Shown piece by piece: positions 37,620-49,862 of a stretch of 64,000 bases of DNA. Positions within the stretch are counted from its first letter, which is position 1; the number at the start of each line of letters is the position of its first letter. The stretch is from positions 9,610,001 through 9,674,000 of the forward strand of contig CP158635.1 of NCBI GenBank assembly GCA_050273025.1. Reading direction: 5' to 3'. The position numbers and the translations under genes were made by a program. The stretch is from Cenococcum geophilum. Its lineage: Eukaryota. Below the pieces are notes generated by a model, which did not search any database, had not been told where the DNA came from, and saw only the letters and a list, made by a program, of their open reading frames with translations.

Positions 37620-38900
37620 TTATAGGTTATAGGAAACTTTAGATACAAATCTTAGTATCCCTTAAGGAGAGAATCTAATAGGCTGTTTAAATGTATATGC
37701 GGAGATTAATACTTAATACCTAGGTATCAATTAGAGCTCTATACTAGTCTTAGCTAAGTTAATAAATAAATAGAACGCTAAGGAATATTAAATACTAACC
37801 TGCTAAAGCTGTATTATATCTAAAACTAAGGGCGGAGACTGAATACTAGGCTGCTAAAGCTACGTCACATCTAAAACTAAGGGCCGGGATTAAACACCAA
37901 CTCGCTAATACTACGTTGTACCTAAAAGTAAGGGCGGAGATCGAGTACTAGGCCATAGGTTCTAAGCTACACCTAAATTAGAGGGTAGAGATTAAGTGCT
38001 AGGCTATAGGTTCTAAGCTACGCTAAGTTTAGAGAGTGGAGATCAAATATTAGACTGTAAATTCTAAGCCGCACCTAATTTAGAAGGCGGGGATTAAGCA
38101 TTAGTATGTAAATTCTAAACTACGCCTAGTTTAAAGGATAGAGATTAAGTATTAGCCTGCAAATCCTAAGCTTTAGAGTTTCCTAGGAGCGGAGATCTAA
38201 TGCTATATTACAAATTCTAAATTTTTAGATTTCCTATTATATAGGAACTAGTGCTACGGTATAGATCTTAAACTTTAGAATTTTTCGTAATCGGAGATCT
38301 AGTGCTGTATTGCGAATATTAAACCTTAGGCTTATCTAAAAGTTGAGACTTAGTATTACCCTATAAGCTCTAATACTTAGGCTACTCTAAAGATTTAAAT
38401 TTAGTACTGTACTATTGTCACGGGACTACCAAGTCGCTTGTCCATTCCGTGACACCTACGCACGTACCACTACTACCCCTATATCTTCGACCACGTTTCC
38501 TAATCTGTTCCTATTCTTTGTTAAACGTCTTAAACCATTACGCGTTAATGTACTTAGCACGATCAATAGCTAGCAATTAAGCTTATTCGCAACTGCTTTG
38601 TCAATCCGTAACAACTATAAGCTTTAATATTTAGATTACTCTAAAGGCTAAGACTTAATACTTTACTATAAGCTCTAATATCTAGATTATTCTAAGGGTT
38701 AAAATACGGAGCTACCTTGTAAGCTATAATACCTAGCCTACCCTAGAGACTAGTTTCTAATACTATAGTATAGACTTAGATATCTAGGAGCTATAGGGAG
38801 TTAATATCTATTATTATAGTATAGACTCTAATATTTAAGAGGTCGATACTTAATATTAGACAACTAATGCTAATTATTGCCCTAGAACTGTTAATACCTA
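37620..38900 (+). pseudogene. RIPed spliced gene: CxC motif (FKCICGDQY) followed by 17-aa (51-bp) tandem repeats
   Basis: Repeat period is 51 bp (e.g. 37830, 37881, 37932, 37983). Predicted intron 37724-37773 (GTATCA...AAATAG) puts the upstream motif in frame with the repeats. Ends are approximate. Confidence 0.6.
38416..38613. repeat. 198-bp solo LTR
   Basis: TGTCACGG...CCGTAACA with TSD ACTAT (38411-15 / 38614-18). Confidence 0.92.
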
Positions 38901-39299
38901 GCCTAACGTTAAACCTAAAAGCGGGCCTAACTTTAAGATCCTAGGTATCCGCCCTATATTAAAAACTAGATCTAATTATTGCGTTACTAGAACTAATATC
39001 TATTATAGGGTTTTAGTGTACTTAACCTAAAGGTATTCTGCTAGCTAGAGTTTAGGCTAGCTAGCTATATGTTTCTACTAGATATAGGCTAAGAAAGTAA
39101 TAGTGTTAGCAGCCCTATATAGAGATTTTTAGCGGATATCGATTAAGGTAGCTGGGCTACTTATATTTACAGACTTTAAGCTACTAATATAGTACGCCTC
39201 TCTGCTGTCTTAGACTGTGGTAATATCCGCTCTACACTATCTTTTAATTTACCTTTTCTACCTTAGCTTAAATAAAAGTAATAAACTTATTTAGATTAT

Positions 39300-41001
39300 T
39301 ACTAAACTAATTCCAATTCCAATTAAGTAGGTTTTTCTTAAGCGCCTTATAGTTAGTTATATACTAGGCGTAGCTATAAAGGGTGGCAATTTACTTATTG
39401 GATATAATATAGCTTAAGGTTAAATTCTAAATAGTGTATTAATATTTCTTCTCTATCTAGTTATAGAACTAGTTTTTTATGCTTACGGTAAAAGCCTTTT
39501 ATTATATCTTCTTTAGAATTCCCTTTATATATAGCTTGTAGATATTAAACTCTTTAAAAGCCTATAAAGTAGAATTACAGTTAGAGTAATATTACTAGCC
39601 ACTAGTGGACGGAGACTATTCCTTATAGTTCTCTAATATAATCTTTTATAAGCAGCCCTTTTCCTTATTTATAAGAGTATAAATATAATAGAAGAGATCT
39701 GCTCTTTTCTTAGTATTAGTCTTCAGGTACTATACTAGCTTCTTTTATAAAATATCCGTAAGTAGAATTACAGATATTCCACCTAGACTAAGTTCTCGCC
39801 CTATATTAGATGCGGATAGATTAGAATTAGTATTGCTGTATACGGACACTCTTAAAGATATATCGCTAGCAAAATCACTAGTCCCGTCCTCTTGCGACAC
39901 CTCTTATAATATCTCTTACTTGATACGATATTTATAGCTAAGTTAACTTAGCTAAGATTAGAAGGCTCTATTAATACAACTACAACTTTTAGCTAGCCTA
40001 GTAATATCCTTACGCGGACCTTTATACTAATCCTTGATTAGAAATATTACCTTACCTATTTAACTACTACTATAAGCAGCGCGTCTAAAGCGTTACTATA
40101 ATATATTAATAGACATATTTTTAAGTATACTATACTATACAACATAATTAATATTAGGAATATTAGCGCTATAGGAAAGCGCGTTAGAGGAGACTAAAAT
40201 ATAGATTTCTAAGTTAGGCTTTCTTAACTCCTTATATAGTCTATTTTTATCTATAATAGCTAATAATATATAATAAAGCTAAACTGCTCTTCTAGCCTAT
40301 ACTTCCTAGTACCTATAATATATTAACCACAAACGAATTAAGTCCCTACTTAGTAATATTATATCCTTTAAATTAAGAAAGATAATTATCTTTAGGATCT
40401 AGTAGGGAGTTGGCGTATATTAGATTCTCTGCTTGGCGGATATAGCGGATATCTAGCTAAATACCTATCCGATTAGCGTAGACGATAGATTCCTTACTAG
40501 AGCTTCTTTATACGCGCGGTCTATAATAAAGTATAAGCTCTTAAAGGACTTCTTATTTCCTCGCTTAACGTATTCTCTAATAATTAATAGATCTAGCTAG
40601 TTAATTAATATCCGCACTATATTAATATTATTTTAAAAGCCGGCTAACTCTTTAATAATTTTAAATATTATATTATTAAGCGTTGCAGTATAAGTAAACT
40701 AAGACTTCCGCCCCAATAACAACCGCACTTTTTATAACTATATATACGAACTTCAGAATAAACCCCCTTAAGTAGCTATAAGATATACCTTATTAATTAC
40801 TACTAAGCTAATATATATATAAAAGGTAGGGTTAATAAGAATCTTATAGAACCTTTTACTAACTAACAGCTCTAGTAATATTAAAATATAGGCGTATACT
40901 TTAATGCGGATTTCCCATAAAAGACATATGGATATTATCTTAGCGTATATATAAACTGGCCTTATTCTAGGAAGCTCCTTAATTTTTATCTTCTATTTTA
41001 T
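39300..41001 (-). pseudogene. RIPed gene remnant with an N-terminal F-box-like motif (CL.WEIRIEVYAYIL)
   Basis: The minus-strand de-RIP frame from about 41001 resembles the fungal LPxEIRxxIYxYxL motif (40882-40926). Coding-like text continues downstream; 3' end uncertain. Confidence 0.4.
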
Positions 41002-41075
41002 GCCAATTATATTAAGTAGTAAGATAATAATTACTACTAATGCCTAAAGAAGATATAGCATTACTTATATTATTA

Positions 41076-41673
41076 GGCCACTGCTAATTACATACCCCCT
41101 AATTACTGCGCGCACACCCCCCCGAAACAGGCTTAGATTCTTCCACTTCAAGTTAGAATATCACGTGTGTTTGACTTGTTTACACACAAATCGCGAAAAT
41201 AACACCACGCGCCCATACCAAGAGCCTGCAATTGTAGAGCGTCGTCGCGGTCGCGGTCGCGGTCGCGCGGCTGGCTGGCTCTACGGCTGGCTCTATAAAT
41301 CGCATCAATAACTCTACTCAGCGGGAGCTCTTAGTATTCGAGCGAAATACTGGCTGCACTACCCGTGGATACATGTGGGCACAAGTGCAGGCGCGGGCGC
41401 GGGCGCGGGTGTGTCCATGGAGGCAATCTACAGACGTCAAAATAGAGGCAGCAGCACCAAATCTAGTTCTTACAGCGCTTCGCAGAGCACTCCGCAGTCA
41501 GTCATTAGGTATGGGCGCGTGGTGTTGTTTTCGCGATTTGGGTGTAAACAAATCAAACACACGTAATATTCTAACTTAAAGTGGAAGAATCTAAGCCTGT
41601 TTTAGGGGGGTGTACGAGCAGTAATTAGGGGGTATGCGCGCAGTAATTAGGGGGTGTGTAACTAGTAGTGGCC
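41076..41673. mobile_element. Non-autonomous DNA transposon with long TIRs (about 140 bp) and 8-bp TSD (Mutator-like; hAT not excluded)
   Basis: GGCCAC...GTGGCC termini, TSD TATTATTA (41068-75 / 41674-81), GC-rich interior with (CGCGGT)n. Confidence 0.88.
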
Positions 41674-42197
41674 TATTATTATACTCTTACTAAATAAGGT
41701 TCTTATAATAAGTATTATATCTTTTTTTTAAACAGTAGCTATCTAAGGGTTTTAAGTTACTTTATATGTCTATAATACGGATATAAAATGCAATAGCTTT
41801 ATTAACCTTACTTAGCTACTAGGCGTTACTCTCTTTATAAAGCGCAATAAGCTAATCTTAAAAGTCCTATAGCTGGCGCTCCTATTCCATTCTATAACTC
41901 CTTTAAGTCTAATTATTTAATACCTAATACAACTACAGCTATTCTAGTACCTTATTTAACTTTCCCCCCTTTAGCCTAGTAGGTTTTAGCACTGGTATAG
42001 GTATATTTGCCCAGATATCCGTAACTTAGCAGTCGGCGCGTAATAAGGTTTTAGTAGGTATTACACCCTATAACGCCTATACTATATATTCGCTAGGCTA
42101 TAATAGGTTCTTTAAGGTAGCTATAATAAATCTATATAGGTTTTATATATATTAGCTAGCGTTTAGTAAAATTATAGAGGCTTAAGAACGTTAATAA

Positions 42198-45100
42198 TAT
42201 AACGAAGCCTTATAGGAAATATTATGGTAGACTCGCTAATAGGCTAGGTGTGTAGGTAAATAAAAAGTTAATAACGTAATAATAACTAGTAAAGTGGTTG
42301 CCTAATAGATTAACTCTAATTATATTCTAAGATTTACTATAAGGAAAGGAACTATAGGTCCTTAAATACACATCTATACTTCTAAGAAAGTTATTACTCT
42401 ATCTACTCTATCTGCTCTATTTACTCTATTATAGATTATATAGATTATATAGATTATATAGATTACATTATATAACCTTGCTTACTATTCCTTATTATAT
42501 AGTTCCACTAGTTCTATTCTAGACTATACTCCTATTAATTAACTAGCTTCTTTTAACTCTCCTCTAAGTAGCCATAGCCCTTTACTTAAAGCGTCTATAA
42601 TACTATCTCCCTCCTCTTTATCTTCGTCCTTAAAGATTCCTAATATCTCTAAGTTATTTTAATTAGAGGTGTAATGTCCGTCTAATTAATTTGGTTAATA
42701 TTATTGCTTATTATACCTAAAGTATCTTCTTCTTTATCTACAGCTCGTTAGTTTTATACCGTTACTGTGATATTATCTCTTAGTAAAATAATGCCATCTT
42801 TATATTCTTATTATGCAAAAGAGGGGTTAGTGTATATTGCGTTAGTAAGTCCTTTATTTTAGCAACCCTCTTCCTACTTAGAGTACACTAAAGTAAACGT
42901 TTAATCCTCCTGCAATGTTCGCTCTGTTTTTAATACTAAGTATACGCATTCTATTACTTTTAATAGCCTTTAAGTTCCCTAAGTAATTTATTATAGGGTC
43001 TTATATTTAATCTGCCGCTGTAAAACTTAATAATAAGCTCTTAGTAGTACTAGCTAAACTTTATTGTTCTTATAATACTAAAAGAGAGGCTGCTAATACT
43101 TAATAGCGTGCTCTTAACTCTTGCCTAGCTACGTCTACTTAGTTAATCTGTCTTAAGAAGGTTTATAAAAAGGTACGTTCTAAGGAGTATAAACTTATAG
43201 AATAAGGCCTTTAGGAACTTGGTAATAAAAGAACGGATTCTCTTCTAATAGAGAGGGAAATAACTCTAAATACCTTAGTAGCTGCTCCTCTTAGGTCCCC
43301 CTTAGGTAACTCGTTCTTTAGCGATCCTTCTTTATTAATACTACCTAACCTGTTTTTTTCTAATACTCCTGTACCTTTTTTATAGCGTTTTTTAAATTGT
43401 CTAGTGGCTCCTAAGTAGTCTTATTATAGCCTATCTACTTTACTTTATACTACGTTTTATTATTAATATCCTTATAACTAATAATCTTTAAAACTTTCTA
43501 GTTATCTTCCTCTTGTTCTTTATATATGTCTACCTTATAAACTAGTGGCTTAACATTCCTATATACTAGCTCTAGTATTACAATATACTATATAGGGAAG
43601 ATCTTTATTTTCTCTAGTAAGTTAAGTCTGTATATAACTTCTAAGATCTTTGCTTTAACTATAAATGGTTCTAGCCTAATATAGTCTAATTTCTTACTTA
43701 GTCGTCAACTCTTAAAATTTTTATATAGTAGCTATACTTTATCCCCCTCCTTAAGATCTGGTCCCTTAGATCTCTTAGTATTATAGTACCTTTTTATTCT
43801 TTCTTATACTAGTTTAGCTATTTCTTTAAGGTAATTATAAAGATTTATTAAGTTCTCCATTCTTTTTTTAGCTATGCTACTTGTTTTCTTTACTTAATAT
43901 AGCGATAACAATATTCTTAGCTTGTATCCGTAATTCGCCTTAAAAGGTAATATACCTATCCCTTTCTATGGTGTTGTATTATATATAAACTATATAACTG
44001 GTAATAATAATACCTAATTGTTTTATACGTAATTAATATAATGCCTTAAATACTATTCTAACGTTTGGTTTGGTCTTTCTATTTAACCGTCTATTTATAG
44101 GTAATATACTGTTAATATTACTGCTTAAGCCCCTTATTCTGCTAAGAATACCTCCTAAAATACTGCTATAAATCTTAGATCTCTATCTAATATAATTTTT
44201 ATTAGTGCTCTATATCTTACAAACACTTCTTTAATATAGATTCTAGCTATATCCTCTACTAAGATTTCTTCTGTATATGCTATAAAGTTGCCCTACTTAG
44301 TTAACTTGTCTACTATTACTAAGATCGCGTTATAATCTTATCTTATAATAAAATCTTTTAACTTTAGCAACTTTATAATAAAGTCCTATAATATAACCTC
44401 CTATAGTCTTTCTAGTATCTTAATAGGTTATAGCCCTCTATACAGCTTATACCTTATTAGTTTATTTCTCTAATAATCTAAATTTTTCTTTATAACTTAT
44501 CTTGCTAGTCCCTAAATTTCTTAAATAATATATTCCTCTTAAAGTCTTAATACTAAGCCTATAGCTCCGTTATATCCTTGTGTTATTCCCTTATAGAATT
44601 TACTAATAAACTCTTTTGCTATTAATTTTAGTATATATATTTTCTTAGTTCTTATACTACTCTAAGTCTAGATCCTTACTCTATACTTTTTAGATATTCT
44701 ATATTTATACGCTTTCTAGTAAATTATAGATTTGGCTAATTTCTCTTATTGCTATAATCTTAGGATAATTGTATCTAATTAATCTATCTTCGTCCTTTTA
44801 TAATATAGCCCCTAATGGTTTTTTATTATTTTATAATTCTGCCTTTCTACTAAGTGCGTCTGCCCTTATATTCTTAGTACCTTTAGTATACTAAATTTCA
44901 AAGTAATATTCTATAAGCATTTCCGCCCATTTAACCTATCTATAATTAAGTTCTTTTATTATTAGGAACCCTATTAGGTTCTTATAATCTATTTTAATTA
45001 TAAATAGTTTCTCTATACCTTATAAGAATGCTCTCTACTTTTTAAGTACTATAACTATACCTAATAACTCCTTATTATAGATGTTGTAGTTTAGTTCTAG

Positions 45101-48100
45101 TAGTGTTATTTTTTTAACTATAGTATGCTATTAGATGCTATGCGTCCTAGTGCTTCTATAGTAAATATGCTCCTAGTATAAAGTCTAATATATTTATTTC
45201 TACAACTATGTCTAGCTTTTGTTAATAGATCTTAAGAATTAGATCTTAGGTAAATAACTTCTTAAGTTTCTTAAATAGCTCCTTTTACTCACTTCCCTAT
45301 ATCTATAGTTCCTCTTTTTTTATAAGTCTTATAAATGGCTCTATATTCTTTAACTACTATATAATAAACCTCCTATAGTAATTACAGAACCCTAGAAACG
45401 ATCTTAACTATATAACATTCTTTAGTTCTTGCTAACTTACTATAGCTTCTACTTTCTTTAGGTCTATACTAATTTTTCCTAGTTTAATAATAAATCTAAT
45501 AAAATCGGTCTTTATAGTAAAGAACTCGCATTTCTTAATTACTATTAGTATTTATTCTTCTTATAGTCTCTTTAAGACCTATTTAATATATTCTCCGTGT
45601 TCTTCCTTACTCATTAAGTAGATAATAATATTGTTAAGGTATACTATAATAAATTTATTAAGGTGTTCTTCTAATACACTATTAATTTATTTCTAAAATG
45701 TTGCTAGTGCGTTTATAAGTCTAAACTATATAACTAATAGCTTATATAGTCCTTCCTTTAACCTAAAAGCTGCCTTCTATTTATTACCTTCCTTAATCCT
45801 AATCTAATAGTACGCCTATCTTAGATCTATCTTTATAAAGATTTACGTATTACCTATCTTGTCTTAAATTTTGCTAATTAAGGGTAAAGGATACCTATCC
45901 TTCCTAGTGATACTATTTAACTGTTTATAGTTAATACACATTCTAAGTTTTCCGTTTTTCTTTAGTATAAATAGTACTAGATATCCTGCTAATAACTATA
46001 ATGGTTTAATATATCCCTTCTATAAGTTCTCCTAGATAAACTCTTTAAGAGCTACTAACTTAGTTTTAGTAAGCTTATAGATTGGAAAGAGCCTTAGACT
46101 TATTCTTAGTTTTAACTCTATTTTATAGTCCTATACTATATACTTTAACAGCTTTTTACTTTTTAGTGACTATAACCTTTTACTATACTTATGGTATCTT
46201 TTTAGTATATAACTTAAGCCTTACTTAGTCTCTTTATATGTCGCTCTAACTTAGTACTATACTATCTTAGTTTATTATTGCATCTTACATTATTATATAT
46301 CTTTAATATTAACCTAACCTGTAACCTAATTAATTTTTAGATTATATTCTTATAACTAAGGTATTCCTAGTATCGCCTCGTCCCGTCCTAATAGTAGGAT
46401 ATTAAAAGATATCTTAACTTGTCTTTCTTTAATAGTTAATTAAATAGGTCCTATTTTAAGATTAATAATGCCTCCTCTATAGGCTATCTAATCTCCTAAA
46501 ATTATTATTAGTAAATAAAGGTGCTCTTTCTGTCTATAAGGTAACCCTATTCTTTTCACTACTACTAGTAATATATAGTTTCTTATTACTCTACTATTTA
46601 CTAACGCTTTAAACTTCTAATCTTGCTAATTAACTTATAAATTTAGGTGTCGTTTTATAATTTCTTTAAGGGTCTAAGGCTTTACTACTAGCTTCCTCTA
46701 GTCCTATAGGCCTTTACTTTTCCTAACTATTAACTACTTAATCTTAACTATACTTAGTCCTCCTTAGGCCAATACTTAGTTTATTTCTTTTTCTTAATAT
46801 ACTATAGATAAGTGTTTTCTAGGCACTCCTACCACTATTATCTATTTAGGCATTTTTCCATAAGGAATTTTTCTAGTTAAAGTATTAAGTTGCCTAACTT
46901 CTAAACTTCTACTAGGTGCTATTTATATATATACTTTATATTTCTATATTACTTTTCGTCCGTTATCTAATACATTCTTATTAGATACTTATAATATTTA
47001 TCCTTAGGTATTCTATATATATTACATATATTATCCACACATGCAATCTACACTAATGTGTAATACGCTAGGTGCTTTAGGTTAACTCTTAGCTTATCTT
47101 TATCCTTAAGTTTAAACCTTTCCCACGTTAATCTAAATACTGCTATATTGTTTACTAGTACTAATATCTATATTGTCTCTCTTTAGTCTATAGCTTGCTC
47201 TTCTAGATTCTTTAACATTATAACTAATGCCCCTTTTATATAGCTCATCTACTTCTTAGATATCTCTTAGTCTGTAATAACTTTCTTATCCAGCTATATA
47301 TAAAAATCTTCCCACTTATCATTTCCGCGTTGCTTATACCACTTTTAGTATAGCTTAGTAAGTGTATACAATCTGTCTATAAAGAAGTATCTCTTTATTA
47401 CTGCGTTGTTGCAACCTTTAGTATGTTGTTCTATAAATCTAGTTAGGATTCCTAAATCCTCTTCTTACTCTAGTTTATATAACTATTTAGCTCTTGGCGT
47501 TCCTACCCTCAGCCTATTTATAATTTTTTATATAGGTGCTCTGTCCTTAGTATATCCTAGCATAGCTAATCTCTAGTCTAGCTTTTATTCTTACTATATA
47601 ATAATCCGTTGTCTAGACTTATCTATAGTTTCTTTTAGTTTACGTCTTCTAAAAGGATCCTTAAAGTCATCTTGCTTCTTAATCACTATATTAACTTTTT
47701 AACCTTTAGGCTAAACACTGCGTTTGCCTAGAATTACTATTATAGTCCTTATTTGTTTTTTTAAAGTCTTAGCTCCCTAGAAATCTTCGTCCTATACTTA
47801 TTTATTTATCTTTAAACTAAGCCGCTGCCCTTTCCCATTAGTTTTTGTTTATTATGGGTCCTTAGGTATGTCTTATCTTATCTTAAGAATTTTAAGCTTT
47901 TAGCCTTTTGCCTTTATTAAGTAGTAAGCTAGCACTAGTAGTTATCTAGTACTTACTTAATCGTTTTTAGATATTACTCCTTTTATCTTATAAAGTGATG
48001 GATTCTGTATCTAACGGTATTATAATGCCTATTACTAAACCGCGTTTTGTAGTGGTCTTAGTCTCTACTTCTGTTACGTTATTAAGGTTTAAGTACTCCT

Positions 48101-49862
48101 AGCTAGTTCCTTTCTCTTCCTTATTGCTATTAATTAATAAGTGCTCTAACTCTATTATTATTATTACTAATCTTTGTCTATATATTGCTGTAATATCTTA
48201 ATCTAGCTTATAGAGTCGATCTTATTCTTTATTTAACTCTTAGGTTCTTCTAAGTCCTCTTAACTCTAGCTCTTATAGCTAATAGCTTACGCCATACTTA
48301 GCGTCTTTATAAACTTAGCATGCGTTATTATAATAAAACGTAAAACTGTTAATTAAACATTCTTTTATTTTTTATAGCACACTATTGTTCCTTTATATAT
48401 ATATGTCGTCTACTAGTCTGGTTCCCTTTACTATATAGTTACTCTAACCACCTCTATAGTCTTTAGCGAAATAATCTTATTTCCTATAGTTTATATAAGC
48501 TCCATCTCTAAACTACTAGTTTTATTATAGAGTCCGCCTAAACGTCTTCTACTATTAAGATCCCTAGTTTGGCCTCTACTCCTTAGTCTTATAATTACTA
48601 AATCCTTAACCTTTAGGTTTCTATAGTTTCTTACTCTATCTCTTAGATTTCTTGGTGCCGCTTAAGTCTATTAGCTCTGGCCTATTCCATAGTTTTTAAC
48701 TTTGGCTTTATTAATGCGTACTCTGCGCCTTATATAACTATAGAACTCTATCTTACCCTCTCTTAGCTTATTCCCTTTAGTAGATTCTATTATTAATCTT
48801 AATCGCTTAATTAATTAGATCCCTTATTATTTCCGTATCTTCTATTAGAATAATTACGTCCTAGACTTTAGCCTTAAGTCCCTATTTATACTATATTATA
48901 AGCGCCTTCTTATTCTACTTAACCTATACCAAAAGTGTCTAAAACTATATTATGTACTTAATTACTAACGTCCTTTATACTATATTTTGAAGTTTTTGTT
49001 CTACTATAGTTGTTGCCTTAGGGTCTCCAAATATCTGCGTAAGTTGCTCCGCGAATCCTCCCTAGCTTAAGAATATATACTTAACTTCTAAGTTAGTAGT
49101 TTGGTCCCCATATTCCTATATATTAGTAAGGTATAACTTAAACCATTTAAGTTCTCTTCCTAATAAGAACAATCTTATATAGACCACTTAGTCTATAGGG
49201 GTAGCTAACTTAACTCCCTCCTATAGTACCTTAAACTGCATTTATACAAGAAATCCTTTAAGCTTTAACTTCTCTCCTAAGAATCGTTTAACTAATAGTA
49301 GCTTAACCTTTACTGCTCCAATTCTATTAATTTGATTTTTAAGTATTTAATTATTATCTATTAACCAATTAACTATTTCCTGTAACTGACCTACCGTAAT
49401 AAGCTATGAGCTGCTATCCGCTATGCTAGTATATCTACTTATACCTAAGGTAGTTGCTGCCGTCAATGGCGTCGTAACTAGTGCTTTTAGTGGCATGTTA
49501 TTTGACTTTATTAATACCGTAACTAGGTAGTAAATGTATAATAAAGCCTTATAGGAAATACTACAGTAGACTTGCTAATAGGCTAGGTATGTAAGTAAAT
49601 AAGAAGTTAATAATATAATAATAACTAATAAAGTAGTTGCCTAATAGATTAACTCCAATTATATTTTAAGATTTACTATAAGGAAAGGAACTATCTAGGT
49701 AGGGACTATAGGTCCTTAAATACACATCTATACTCTTAAGAAAGTCGTTACTCTATTTGCTCTATCTGCTTTATCTACTCTATCGTAGATTATATAGATT
49801 ATATAAATTACACAGATCACATTATATAACCTCGCTTACTATTCCTTATTATATGGTTCTAC
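42198..49862 (-). mobile_element. Chromovirus D: 3' LTR 42198-42602; 5' LTR 49537-49862, truncated by insertion of E
   Basis: The two LTRs match. PPT (rc AGAGGAGGGAGATAG) at 42603-42617. Minus strand carries gag, PR, RT (YLDDII about 45625), RH, IN and a chromodomain ending at about 43319. Confidence 0.92.
42713..43418 (+). pseudogene. Antisense spliced ORF in the 3' region of D: Zn2Cys6-like cluster plus coiled coil
   Basis: De-RIP C-x2-C-x6-C-x13-C-x2-C-x8-C at 42803-42913. Predicted intron 42942-42996. Exon 2 reads WSRIQSAAAKLDDEL...RLIRLEKVRKKVRSKE..LVERGLQEL. Confidence 0.7.

Noticed and set aside
41373..41579. Short ORFs inside the long-TIR element
   Set aside because: They run into the TIR and show no transposase motif.
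37460..42197. Starship element call
   Set aside because: No tyrosine-recombinase captain or element boundaries are visible; kept only as a hypothesis.
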